32,000 bases of DNA from Edaphobacter aggregans (GCF_003945235.1 NZ_RSDW01000001.1:3810001-3842000), one strand, 5' to 3'; positions 25,114-32,000 are shown, counted from the stretch's first letter. Made by a program: numbers and translations. The notes: generated from the letters alone by a model not told the origin.

Positions 25114-26502
25114 ATGCAGGTCGAGATGAGTGCGGTGTGGAAGATGGCGGCTCTTCACTGGGCCTGCCCAGGAGCAATTGCTTGCCTTACGGGAGCGGTC
25201 TGGCTGCTGCGGCAACAAGTTCGGATTCAAGTAGCGGCACGCCGGCGTGACAGGAGGGTGAGAGGGGAGATCGAGGCGTATGCGCGGCTGGATCTGAGGC
25301 TTCTGGCCGATGGTGATGTGCGCGCGCTGAGCAGGATGGTGTGTCGGGTCGTGGCAGAGAAAAGCCGGTTCTACAGGGCGGCAATGCTCGTGCGGGACGC
25401 TGATGGGAGGCTGTACGTGGCCGGGAGTACAGGTATGGATGATAAGACTGCACACGCAATACAGCAGTGGGGAGAACGTGCAGATAAGGAAGAACAGTGC
25501 GGATCCGCCGCGGCTGAATATATGGATCATATTGGTGCTAAGAGCTTTGCCGTGGTTCTGGGTGAGAGCGCTTCGGGGGTGGGGGCGGAACGAGCCATTG
25601 TGATCCCTATCGATACCACGGGCGGGCGGATGGTAGGGGCACTGGTGGTTTGTGTTGATGGAATGATTTTTTTGCCGCGCAAGGAGGTGGTGGACGCTAT
25701 GGCTCCGCTGGAGGCGTTGGTGGTGAAACTGGGGCGTGCGATGGAAAATGCTGCGCTGGCGGAGCGTTTGCTGCGCGCGGAAAAGCTGGCAGGGCTTGGG
25801 TTGCTGGCGGGAGGGGTGGCGCATGCGCTTAATAATCCGCTGACGGCGGTGATGGGTTTTGCTGAGTTAATTGCTGATACGACACAGGATTCGCGGGTGG
25901 AAAAGGATGCGCGGACGATTGTGCAGGAGGCGCAGCGGATGCGGGAGACGGTGGAGAGTTTGCTTAATTTTTGGCGGCCGGGTAGCCAGAGCGACGAGAT
26001 GGTACGGATGACGGCGGTGGTGGAGGATTTGGCTTCGGCTTGCCGGGAGACGCTGGAGAAGAGAGGGGTTCGGCTGGTGGTGCAGGTGGGTGACGACGTT
26101 CCGGCGATCCGGGGGAACAGGGAGAAACTGCGGCAGGTGATGGAGCATCTTCTGAATAATGCCGCTCAGGCGATTGCGTCTTCGCCCAATGATGACGCGG
26201 GGTTTGAGCATGCGATTCGGGTTACGGTGAGCCATGATGCGCGGGGGCTGCATGTGATTGTGAGCGATACGGGGCCGGGGTTTCGTCAGCCGGGGCGGGC
26301 GTTTGACCCGTTCTATACGACTCGTCAGCCGGGCGAGGGGACGGGGTTGGGGTTGAGTATCTGCTATGGGATTGTGCGGGAGCATGGCGGGGAGATCAGC
26401 GCGTTTAACCTGCATCCGAGGGGGGCTGCGGTGGTTTTGGAGCTTCCGGTGGCGGATTTTTTTGTGGAGGATTTTGCCGGGGCGGGACAGGTAGTGGCTT
26501 GA
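25114..26502 (+). CDS. Sensor histidine kinase (membrane anchor + GAF-like sensor region + HisKA + HATPase_c)
   Basis: GGAGG at 25104..25108, 5 nt before the ATG. N-terminal hydrophobic segment AALHWACPGAIACLTGAVWLL. H-box GVAHALNNPLTAVMGFAELI, N-box HLLNNAAQAI, G1 DTGPGF, G2 GEGTGLGLSI. Confidence 0.85.
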   Translation: MQVEMSAVWKMAALHWACPGAIACLTGAVWLLRQQVRIQVAARRRDRRVRGEIEAYARLDLRLLADGDVRALSRMVCRVVAEKSRFYRAAMLVRDADGRLYVAGSTGMDDKTAHAIQQWGERADKEEQCGSAAAEYMDHIGAKSFAVVLGESASGVGAERAIVIPIDTTGGRMVGALVVCVDGMIFLPRKEVVDAMAPLEALVVKLGRAMENAALAERLLRAEKLAGLGLLAGGVAHALNNPLTAVMGFAELIADTTQDSRVEKDARTIVQEAQRMRETVESLLNFWRPGSQSDEMVRMTAVVEDLASACRETLEKRGVRLVVQVGDDVPAIRGNREKLRQVMEHLLNNAAQAIASSPNDDAGFEHAIRVTVSHDARGLHVIVSDTGPGFRQPGRAFDPFYTTRQPGEGTGLGLSICYGIVREHGGEISAFNLHPRGAAVVLELPVADFFVEDFAGAGQVVA

Positions 26503-26612
26503 GGGTATGTGTTTGAGGATAGGCGGGTTAGTTGGCCGGTTTCGGTGGTTAGCTTGTGGTGAAAAGTGTGGATTGTGTGGTTTTTTTGTGGTGTTTGTGT
26601 GGTGGATTCGAC
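26503..26612 (+). repeat. G/T-rich low-complexity block (C/A-rich on the minus strand)
   Basis: gggtatgtgtttgaggataggcgggttagttggccggtttcggtggttagcttgtggtgaaaagtgtggattgtgtggtttttttgtggtgtttgtgtggtgg. It contains very few C or A residues and includes a T7 run at 26581..26587. It starts immediately after the kinase stop codon. Confidence 0.6.
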
Positions 26613-26754
26613 GGTCTGAAAGTCGGCACTTTTGATGGGAATATTTCCGGGTCGGATTTTTGGCTTCGACGGACGGGAAGGTATACCCCACGGGTTGAAG
26701 CCCTTGTTGTGGCCGTCTTAGAGACCCAAGGCTGAAGCCTTGGGGTACCGAGAG

Positions 26755-27058
26755 GCAACGGCAAGGGCAGAGGCAAAAGCAACGGCAAGAAACAAATGCG
26801 GGGTCTCTCCGCTGCGCTGCTCACGATGATGCTGTGAGCAGCTCCGGTCGAGATGCCGAGTTTTGGGTTGTTGTGTGGGAGAGCAAAGGCAACGTCAAAA
26901 GCGACCGCAACGGCAAAGGCAACGGCAACTGCAAAAGCAACCGCAACTGCAAAAGCAACCGCAACGGCAAAAGCAGATCCCTACGGGATGACAAACCAAA
27001 GAACAGGCAAAGGCAAGGGCAGAAGCAAGGCAAAGACAGAAGCAACGGCAACCGCAAG
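26755..27058 (+). repeat. GCAAnn-hexamer low-complexity repeat cluster (three blocks) interspersed with GC-rich hairpin spacers
   Basis: Block 1 (26755..26796): gcaacg gcaagg gcagag gcaaaa gcaacg gcaaga. Block 2 (26883..26975): ~15 consecutive hexamers, gcaaag gcaacg tcaaaa gcgacc gcaacg gcaaag gcaacg gcaact gcaaaa gcaacc gcaact gcaaaa gcaacc gcaacg gcaaaa, including an 18-bp tandem duplication at 26925..26960. Block 3 (27007..27058): gcaaag gcaagg gcagaa gcaagg...gcaacg gcaacc gcaaga. Hairpins: cccaaggc-tgaa-gccttggg (26725..26744), gctgctcac-gatgatgct-gtgagcagc (26816..26842), atccc-tac-gggat (26977..26989). The + strand is almost free of T within the blocks. Confidence 0.8.
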
Positions 27059-27132
27059 ACGATGGCTGCGGCACGTATCGATGGTGATTCTTGCGCATCC
27101 GTCGTGAGTGGGGGCGGGAGTAGACTGGCGCG

Positions 27133-30100
27133 ATGAAGATACTGGCGGCCTTGGTCTCCTCGGTGATTTTGGGCGGGGTTGTGTTTGGACAGGTCGCGGC
27201 GCGGGCGGGTGACGGAACCGCGGATGGGACTGCGTGGAAGCGGCCTATGACGTTTGCGGACCTCCAACGGATGAGGCGGGTGAGCGATCCGCAGATTTCG
27301 CCCAGTGGGAAGTGGGTGATGTTTTCGGTGGTGGATGTGGACCTGGCGGCGAATACGAAGACCTCGCATCTTTGGGTGGTGCCGATGGGAGGCGGGAGGG
27401 AACAGGGAACAGGGAACAGGGATCAGGGCGTAGGGGGTGGTGGACAGGGAGTGGGCGGTGCGGCTTCTGGACCCAGTTCTTCGGAGGACGTGGGTGCTTC
27501 TTCCGGTGGAAGAGGTGTGGTTGGGCGGGAGCGGCAGATTACTTTCTGGAAAGAAGGGGAGAGTGAGGGGCGGTTTTCGCCGGATGGGCGGCAGGTTGCG
27601 TTTGTGGCGACGGGCGGGGCGAGTGGGCAGTCGCAGATCTTTCTGGCGGATTGGGATGAGGCAGCGGGGAAGGTCGGGACTCCGCGGCAGTTGACGCGGG
27701 TGAGCACGGAGGCGGATGGGCCTGTGTGGTCGCCGGACTCGCAGCGGATTCTGTTTGTGTCGCGGGTGTATCCGGAGTGCAGTGTGGAGGATACGTGGCT
27801 CCATCAGGATGAGTGCAACCGGAAGAAGGATGAGGCGGCGGCGAAGAGTCCGGTGAAAGCGATGGTGTTCGATCAGCTGCTGTTTCGACACTGGGACCGA
27901 TTTGTGGGGCCGAAGCGGAGCCATGTGCTGGTGGTTTCGGCAACGGATGGCAATGCGGTGCGTGATCTGACGACGAGCCGGGATGTGGCGGATGCGGAGG
28001 TGCCGACGTTTTCGCTGGGTGGGCCGATTGGGTATGCGTGGGCCCCGGACTCGAAGGAGATTGCTTATGTAACCAATCTTGATCTTGTTCCGGCGGCGAG
28101 TACGAATAACGATGTGTTTACGCTGCGGCTGGATGAGCCGAGAGCGCGGCCGGTGAGGATTTCGACGAGTTTGGGGAGCGATGATGGCCCGGCTTATTCG
28201 GCGGATGGGAAGTGGATTGCTTTTCGGTCGCAGGAGCGGGCGGGATATGAGAGTGATCGGTTTCGGTTGATGTTGTTTGATCGGGAGAAGAAGACGACAC
28301 GGGACTTGACGCCGACGATGCGCACACCCAGAGGACAATTATTTGATGGGTGGATTGACGAATTTATTTGGGCTCCCGATAGCTCAAGCTTTTTATTCAC
28401 GAGTTCGATCCGCGGAGAAGGAGCAGTTTTTAGTCTTGACCTCTGTGAAGCCTGTCCGCAGGCTAAGAGCCAAGCGCTCTTCGTACGTAGAACCGATGTT
28501 GGGGAGTTTAGTGATCTTCGAGCATTCAACGACAAGACAAACCATGGTTTTACGACGCTTGTCGCATCGAAGATGACCGTGACTCATCCCACCGAGATCG
28601 TTTCAGTCAGTCTCGGCTTACTCGGTCACGGGTTTGAAGATGTCCTTTATAGCAAGGGGTCGGAACCAGACATTACTCCAGACTTTGGAAGTGAGCATGT
28701 TCTGACACATTTGAATGATGGGTTCCTCCAGGCAATCGCTATGGAGAAGATGGAATCTTATTGGTTCACTGGCGCAGAGGGGGCGAAGGTGCAAGGATTC
28801 ATCATTCCGCCGCCTAACTTTAATCCGGCAATGACGTATCCAGTGAAGTTTTTGATTCATGGGGGGCCGCAGAGTGCGTGGGGGGATGCGTGGAGTTATC
28901 GGTGGAATGCGGAGTTGATGGCGGCGGATGGGTATGTGGTGTTGATGGTGAATCCGCGTGGGTCGACGGGGTATGGGCAGGCGTTTATCGATGGCGTGAA
29001 TGGCGATTGGGGTGGGAAGGCTTATCTCGATTTGATGAGTGGGCTGGATGCGGCGGAGGCGAAGTATCTGTTTATTGATAAGAACCGCGAGTGCGCGCTG
29101 GGGGCGAGCTTTGGCGGATTTATGGCGAACTGGATTCTGACGCATACGAACCGGTTTGCGTGCATTGTGACGCATGATGGGATGTTCAATCCGCAGAGTG
29201 CGTATGGGACGACGGATGAGCTTTGGTTCAATGAGTGGGAGTTTCGGGATCACTCTCCGGCAGGGAAGAAGGCGGGGGGGCTTGCGCAGGTGAGCGCTCC
29301 GGGACAGCCGTGGACTTATTTTGATCGGCCTGCGGCGTCGGATAATTTTCGGAGATGGTCTCCGCTGTTGTTTATCAAGAATGCGAAGACGCCTACGCTG
29401 GTGATTGATTCGCAGAAGGATTACAGGCTGGATGTGAGCGAGGGATTCCAGTTGTTTACGGCGCTGCAGCGGCTGGGTGTGCCTTCGCGGATGCTGTATT
29501 TTCCGGATGAGGGGCATTGGGTGCTGAAGCCGCAGAACTCGCAGCTTTGGTATCAGGAGGTTGGGGAGTGGTGCGACCGGTGGACGAAGGGGGATAACTA
29601 CAGCTCGGTTGGGGTTGTGGGGCCGGTGGTGGCTCCTGCTGCCGCTGCGCCTGTGACTCCGGCTGCGCCTGTGGTGAAGGCCAAGGTGCAGGAGTCGCCT
29701 AAGGTGGTGGCTCCGGTTGCGGTTGTGCCGAAGGTGGCGGTTGCTCCGGTGCCGCAGACAGTTGCGCCGCCGCAGAGTCCACCGAAGGAAGTGGCGAAGA
29801 TTGTGCCGCCTCCAACTCCGGCTGTTTCGAAGGCTGCGGTGGCGGCGCAGGAGACGCAGCAGGCTGGGGGTGCGTCGTTCCTGATCACGATCAAGGCTCC
29901 TGAGGATGAGGTGCAGGTGGGTTCGGATGCGCGGGTCGTCATTACTTTGAAGAACATCTCCAATCACCAGGTGCTGATTGGCCGTCATACGGGGACGGAT
30001 AATCCGGAGTTTTCGTACAGGATTGAGGTCAGGAATGCGGAGGGCCGGGCGGTGGAGGAGACAGCCTATGCTCGCGGGGTGCGGCAGAGCGAGGTCAACA

Positions 30101-30267
30101 CGGTGGACTATGTTCAGCCGGGGGGAATCGCGGTGCAGACGGCGCATCTTGCGAAGCTGGTTAATTTGAGGCGGCCGGGACGGTATACGGTGCAGGTGTC
30201 GCGCAAGGATGCGAAGACCGGTGCGATGGTTCGGTCGAATGAGATTACGCTGAATATTGTTCCTTGA
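27133..30267 (+). CDS. S9 (prolyl oligopeptidase / acylaminoacyl-peptidase) family serine peptidase with N-terminal beta-propeller, an internal low-complexity insertion and a C-terminal extension
   Basis: Signal peptide MKILAALVSSVILGGVVFGQVAARA. Propeller-blade motifs FSPDGRQVAF, WSPDSQRILF, WAPDSKEIAY, YSADGKWIAF, WAPDSSSFLF. Catalytic nucleophile motif GASFGGFMA (Ser codon 29107..29109). Acid and His regions DSQKDYRLD and FPDEGHWV. Confidence 0.85.
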   Translation: MKILAALVSSVILGGVVFGQVAARAGDGTADGTAWKRPMTFADLQRMRRVSDPQISPSGKWVMFSVVDVDLAANTKTSHLWVVPMGGGREQGTGNRDQGVGGGGQGVGGAASGPSSSEDVGASSGGRGVVGRERQITFWKEGESEGRFSPDGRQVAFVATGGASGQSQIFLADWDEAAGKVGTPRQLTRVSTEADGPVWSPDSQRILFVSRVYPECSVEDTWLHQDECNRKKDEAAAKSPVKAMVFDQLLFRHWDRFVGPKRSHVLVVSATDGNAVRDLTTSRDVADAEVPTFSLGGPIGYAWAPDSKEIAYVTNLDLVPAASTNNDVFTLRLDEPRARPVRISTSLGSDDGPAYSADGKWIAFRSQERAGYESDRFRLMLFDREKKTTRDLTPTMRTPRGQLFDGWIDEFIWAPDSSSFLFTSSIRGEGAVFSLDLCEACPQAKSQALFVRRTDVGEFSDLRAFNDKTNHGFTTLVASKMTVTHPTEIVSVSLGLLGHGFEDVLYSKGSEPDITPDFGSEHVLTHLNDGFLQAIAMEKMESYWFTGAEGAKVQGFIIPPPNFNPAMTYPVKFLIHGGPQSAWGDAWSYRWNAELMAADGYVVLMVNPRGSTGYGQAFIDGVNGDWGGKAYLDLMSGLDAAEAKYLFIDKNRECALGASFGGFMANWILTHTNRFACIVTHDGMFNPQSAYGTTDELWFNEWEFRDHSPAGKKAGGLAQVSAPGQPWTYFDRPAASDNFRRWSPLLFIKNAKTPTLVIDSQKDYRLDVSEGFQLFTALQRLGVPSRMLYFPDEGHWVLKPQNSQLWYQEVGEWCDRWTKGDNYSSVGVVGPVVAPAAAAPVTPAAPVVKAKVQESPKVVAPVAVVPKVAVAPVPQTVAPPQSPPKEVAKIVPPPTPAVSKAAVAAQETQQAGGASFLITIKAPEDEVQVGSDARVVITLKNISNHQVLIGRHTGTDNPEFSYRIEVRNAEGRAVEETAYARGVRQSEVNTVDYVQPGGIAVQTAHLAKLVNLRRPGRYTVQVSRKDAKTGAMVRSNEITLNIVP
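27398..27425 (+). repeat. Heptanucleotide microsatellite (GGGAACA)x3 plus one imperfect copy (GGGATCA), inside the peptidase CDS
   Basis: gggaaca gggaaca gggaaca gggatca, read directly from the sequence. It encodes ...REQGTGNRDQG... The three perfect copies total 21 nt and so keep the reading frame. Confidence 0.9.
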
Positions 30268-30314
30268 GGCTGGCGTTCGCTTGCGGTGGGTGACAATGGT
30301 GTGGGGAAGGTGCG

Positions 30315-30863
30315 ATGGCGTTTGTGAGGGCTAAGAAAAAAGAACCGCTGGGGGAGCGGGAGTTGTTTGAGTATGCGGTGGGCGCGCTGTCTCGGCGGAT
30401 GCGAACGGTGAGGGATCTGCGGCGTTTGATGAGGGCTCGCGCGGAGGAGGGTGAGGCGGGGGAGCAGGCTATGGATGCGGTGGTGGCTCGGCTGAAGGAA
30501 CTGAAGTATCTGAGCGACACGCGGTTTGCGGCGGACTATACGCGGCTTCGTAAAGAGAACGAGAAGTATGGGCGGCGGCGGGTGCAGCAGGATCTGGCGC
30601 AGAAGGGTGTGCAGAAGGAGTTGATTGCGACGACTCTGACGAAGGCGTATGAGGATGTCGATGAGGTGGCGCTGGCGCGGGAGTACATTGCGCGGAAGAG
30701 GATGAAGAAGCCGAGCGGGGAGAATGCTCAGAAGGAGACGGCGCGGGCGATGGGGCGGCTGATGCGGGCGGGGTTTTCGGCGGGGGCGATTTATAAGGTG
30801 CTGCGGGAGTGGGATGTCGAGGTGGATGAGGTGGAGGAGCCGATTTTGGAGGATGAGGGTTAG
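30315..30863 (+). CDS. recX: Regulatory protein RecX (RecA inhibitor family)
   Basis: 182 aa and Arg/Glu-rich. It has the RecX-like helical-repeat pattern: LFEYAVGALSRRMRTVRDLRRLM, AMDAVVARLKELKYLSDTRFAADYTRLRKENEKYGRRRVQQDLAQKGVQKELI, RAMGRLMRAGFSAGAIYKVL. A GGAAGG lies just upstream of the ATG. Confidence 0.75.
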   Translation: MAFVRAKKKEPLGERELFEYAVGALSRRMRTVRDLRRLMRARAEEGEAGEQAMDAVVARLKELKYLSDTRFAADYTRLRKENEKYGRRRVQQDLAQKGVQKELIATTLTKAYEDVDEVALAREYIARKRMKKPSGENAQKETARAMGRLMRAGFSAGAIYKVLREWDVEVDEVEEPILEDEG

Positions 30864-30903
30864 TTTGTGCAGGCTTTCCAGAGTGGGATGTTGCTGTGTG
30901 TGC

Positions 30904-31350
30904 TCATTGATGGGTGGCTAGAAGGAAGCAGACAAATGCGACGATGAGTGCGGCTACGCGGAGGCGGTGAAGGGTGTCCCATTTTTTGTGCTCGCGGCGG
31001 GCTCCTTCAGGAAATGAGTCGGGGGTTAGGCGGGCCATTCGATTGTTGATGGGCACGAGGAAGAGCAGCGTGACAAGAATCACGATGGCCCAGATGATGC
31101 TGGCGGCGATGAGTAGGACGAAGCCGGGTTCATGATGCCGGAGAAGGGTTTCGAGGCCGAGGAGGAGAAGGCTTACCGCGTACCAGAAAGGCATTGCGGT
31201 GCCGAGTCTTTCGGCGAACAGGCGAACCGCTGTGGCTTGGGCGCGATCGTCGAGCTTCCACACGATCGGGTTGATGAAGGCGGAGACGGCGAACTCGGTG
31301 CCGATTAATAGCCCTATGCAAACAGTGACGGCGATATCCAGAAAAGGCAT
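30904..31350 (-). CDS. DUF1772-like integral membrane protein (4 predicted TM helices)
   Basis: 148 aa with four hydrophobic segments. The motifs EFAVSAFINPIVWKLDD, MPFWY and PINNRMARL...W..LHRLR fit my recollection of DUF1772. An AGGAG lies 8 nt upstream of the ATG on the minus strand (cgcaggagtcagtgaATG). Confidence 0.6.
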   Translation of the reverse strand: MPFLDIAVTVCIGLLIGTEFAVSAFINPIVWKLDDRAQATAVRLFAERLGTAMPFWYAVSLLLLGLETLLRHHEPGFVLLIAASIIWAIVILVTLLFLVPINNRMARLTPDSFPEGARREHKKWDTLHRLRVAALIVAFVCFLLATHQ

Positions 31351-31420
31351 TCACTGACTCCTGCGTATCAGATGCGAGCGGATCGCAATGCTGTCGGAAT
31401 GATTGCAACCGGCAGTGCTT

Positions 31421-31612
31421 CTAAATGGCGCGGATCATGCGTGCGGGAAGGTAGAAGAGTGCGGCGATGAGCTCGAATGTGCCGCCTACGACGAGGCCAA
31501 GGAGGCGGAACGGCAGCAGAATGAGCCAGATCAAGGGATAGAGGATGACCGCGGCAATCGCGACGGGCCAGCAGACGACCAGCAGGAGACAGAAGATCAG
31601 GAACTTCAGCAT
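31421..31612 (-). CDS. Small (63-aa) two-helix membrane protein
   Basis: An internal ATG at 31612 is preceded by a strong AAGGAG (31628..31623, minus strand, 10-nt spacer). Product: MLKFLIFCLLLVVCWPVAIAAVILYPLIWLILLPFRLLGLVVGGTFELIAALFYLPARMIRAI. The longer 171-aa reading upstream is Arg/Pro/His/Ser-rich and antisense to a better + strand CDS. Confidence 0.5.
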   Translation of the reverse strand: MLKFLIFCLLLVVCWPVAIAAVILYPLIWLILLPFRLLGLVVGGTFELIAALFYLPARMIRAI

Positions 31613-31684
31613 CGGGGTACTTCTCCTTATGGAAAGGATACGACGGTGCGGCGGAAAAGTTCCGTCGAGTGGGATGATGGTGGG

Positions 31685-32000
31685 ATGGGAGAGTCGGGGT
31701 TGGAGCGTGTGGTGGCGGTGGACTGGAGCGGCAGGGTGGATGCCGCGGGGCAGCGAAGGCATATCTGGGCAGGGGTTTGGACGGCTTCGGGATCGGGTGG
31801 AGTGTTTTCGCTGGAGGCTGGACGGACTCGTGAGGAACTGATTGGGTGGCTGATTGAGATGGCGCGGGAGACTCCGCGGATGGTGGTGAGTGTGGATTGC
31901 TGCTTCAGTTTTCCGGCCTGGTTTTTGGAAGAGCATGGGTGTGGGACGGTGTTCGAGTTCTGGCGAAGGGTGGCGGCGGGGCAGGGCGAGCGGTGGCTGG
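31685..32000 (+). CDS. Hypothetical protein, 5' part only (runs off the window); weak resemblance to RNase-H-fold DUF429-type N-termini
   Basis: My own translation from ATG 31685 stays open to nt 32000: MGESGLERVVAVDWSGRVDAAGQRRHIWAGVWTASGSGGVFSLEAGRTREELIGWLIEMARETPRMVVSVDCCFSFPAWFLEEHGCGTVFEFWRRVAAGQGERWL. It is not in the supplied track because it has no stop in the window. It shares the G-rich codon style of neighbouring genes. An alternative in-frame GTG start lies at 31646 (AAAGGA upstream). Confidence 0.5.
   Translation, partial: MGESGLERVVAVDWSGRVDAAGQRRHIWAGVWTASGSGGVFSLEAGRTREELIGWLIEMARETPRMVVSVDCCFSFPAWFLEEHGCGTVFEFWRRVAAGQGERWL

Noticed and set aside
26834-27136. ORFs in the hexamer-repeat region: 26834..27136 (+), 26853..27107 (+), 26895..27098 (-) and 26549..26824 (-).
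   Set aside because: They overlap one another in multiple frames and on both strands. They consist of KATATA / GNGKSN / CRCGCF-type strings generated by the GCAAnn periodicity, and have no Shine-Dalgarno support. I treat them as non-coding repeat DNA.
25096-30147. Long minus-strand ORFs: 25096..25824 (242 aa), 25867..26691 (274 aa), 26821..28338 (505 aa) and 28618..30147 (509 aa).
   Set aside because: Their translations are Arg/Pro/His-rich low-complexity sequence. They are antisense to the well-supported kinase and peptidase genes and lack ribosome-binding sites. They are typical shadow ORFs of G-rich coding DNA.
30315-30863. recX lying downstream of a peptidase rather than recA, considered as a possible rearrangement signal.
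   Set aside because: recA-recX linkage is common but not universal. With only this window there is no evidence of rearrangement.
31613-31936. The upstream two-thirds of the 171-aa minus-strand ORF, and the 98-aa plus-strand ORF 31545..31841.
   Set aside because: The translations are Arg/Pro/His/Ser-rich or Trp/Gly/Arg-rich with no protein-like pattern. They overlap a better + strand reading frame (31685..>32000) and the short SD-supported minus-strand gene.
1-32000. A search by eye for mobile elements: transposase or integrase motifs, terminal inverted repeats, and direct-repeat flanks around the giant gene.
   Set aside because: None were recognised. The low-GC flank at 3020..4144 is suggestive of a boundary but is not sufficient to call an island.

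Overview
This 32-kb window is most likely chromosomal DNA from an Acidobacteriota (Terriglobia-like) soil bacterium. That placement is an inference from the gene families, the G-rich codon style and the low-complexity intergenic repeats; it cannot be verified here.

Gene order:
- 2..2965 (+): 3' part of a TonB-dependent-receptor-like outer-membrane barrel, followed by a clean terminator.
- 3020..4144: ~1.1-kb low-GC spacer with no supported gene.
- 4145..23860 (+): one giant gene of ~6,571 aa that fills 62% of the window.
- 24109..25032 (-): secreted hypothetical protein, possibly LolA-like.
- 25114..26502 (+): orphan sensor histidine kinase.
- 26503..27132: 630-bp repeat-laden intergenic region.
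- 27133..30267 (+): S9 prolyl-oligopeptidase-family peptidase with two atypical additions.
- 30315..30863 (+): recX.
- 30904..31350 (-): DUF1772-like membrane protein.
- 31421..31612 (-): 63-aa membrane protein.
- 31685..>32000 (+): 5' part of a CDS that is absent from the ORF track because it runs off the window.

No rRNA, tRNA, CRISPR array, transposase or integrase was recognised.

The standout is the giant gene. Its domain order is Sec signal peptide, Ig-like domains, a 7-blade FG-GAP/VCBS propeller, two lectin-like modules nested inside Ig-like domains, then 62 MBG-type domains. Of these, 59 form an exact-period 234-bp (78-aa) tandem array of 13,806 bp (8519..22324) with no indels. The protein ends in an odd C-terminal module containing a signal-anchor-like helix and an internal lipoprotein-signal-like segment.

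The array is a mosaic of a few dimorphic sites plus one 18-nt two-state cassette. It contains multi-unit segmental duplications and is much more GC-rich than the rest of the same gene.

Secondary items are a GCAAnn-hexamer, hairpin-studded intergenic repeat cluster, and a GGGAACA heptamer / G-tract insertion inside the peptidase gene.

All family assignments are motif recognition by eye. No searches were run.
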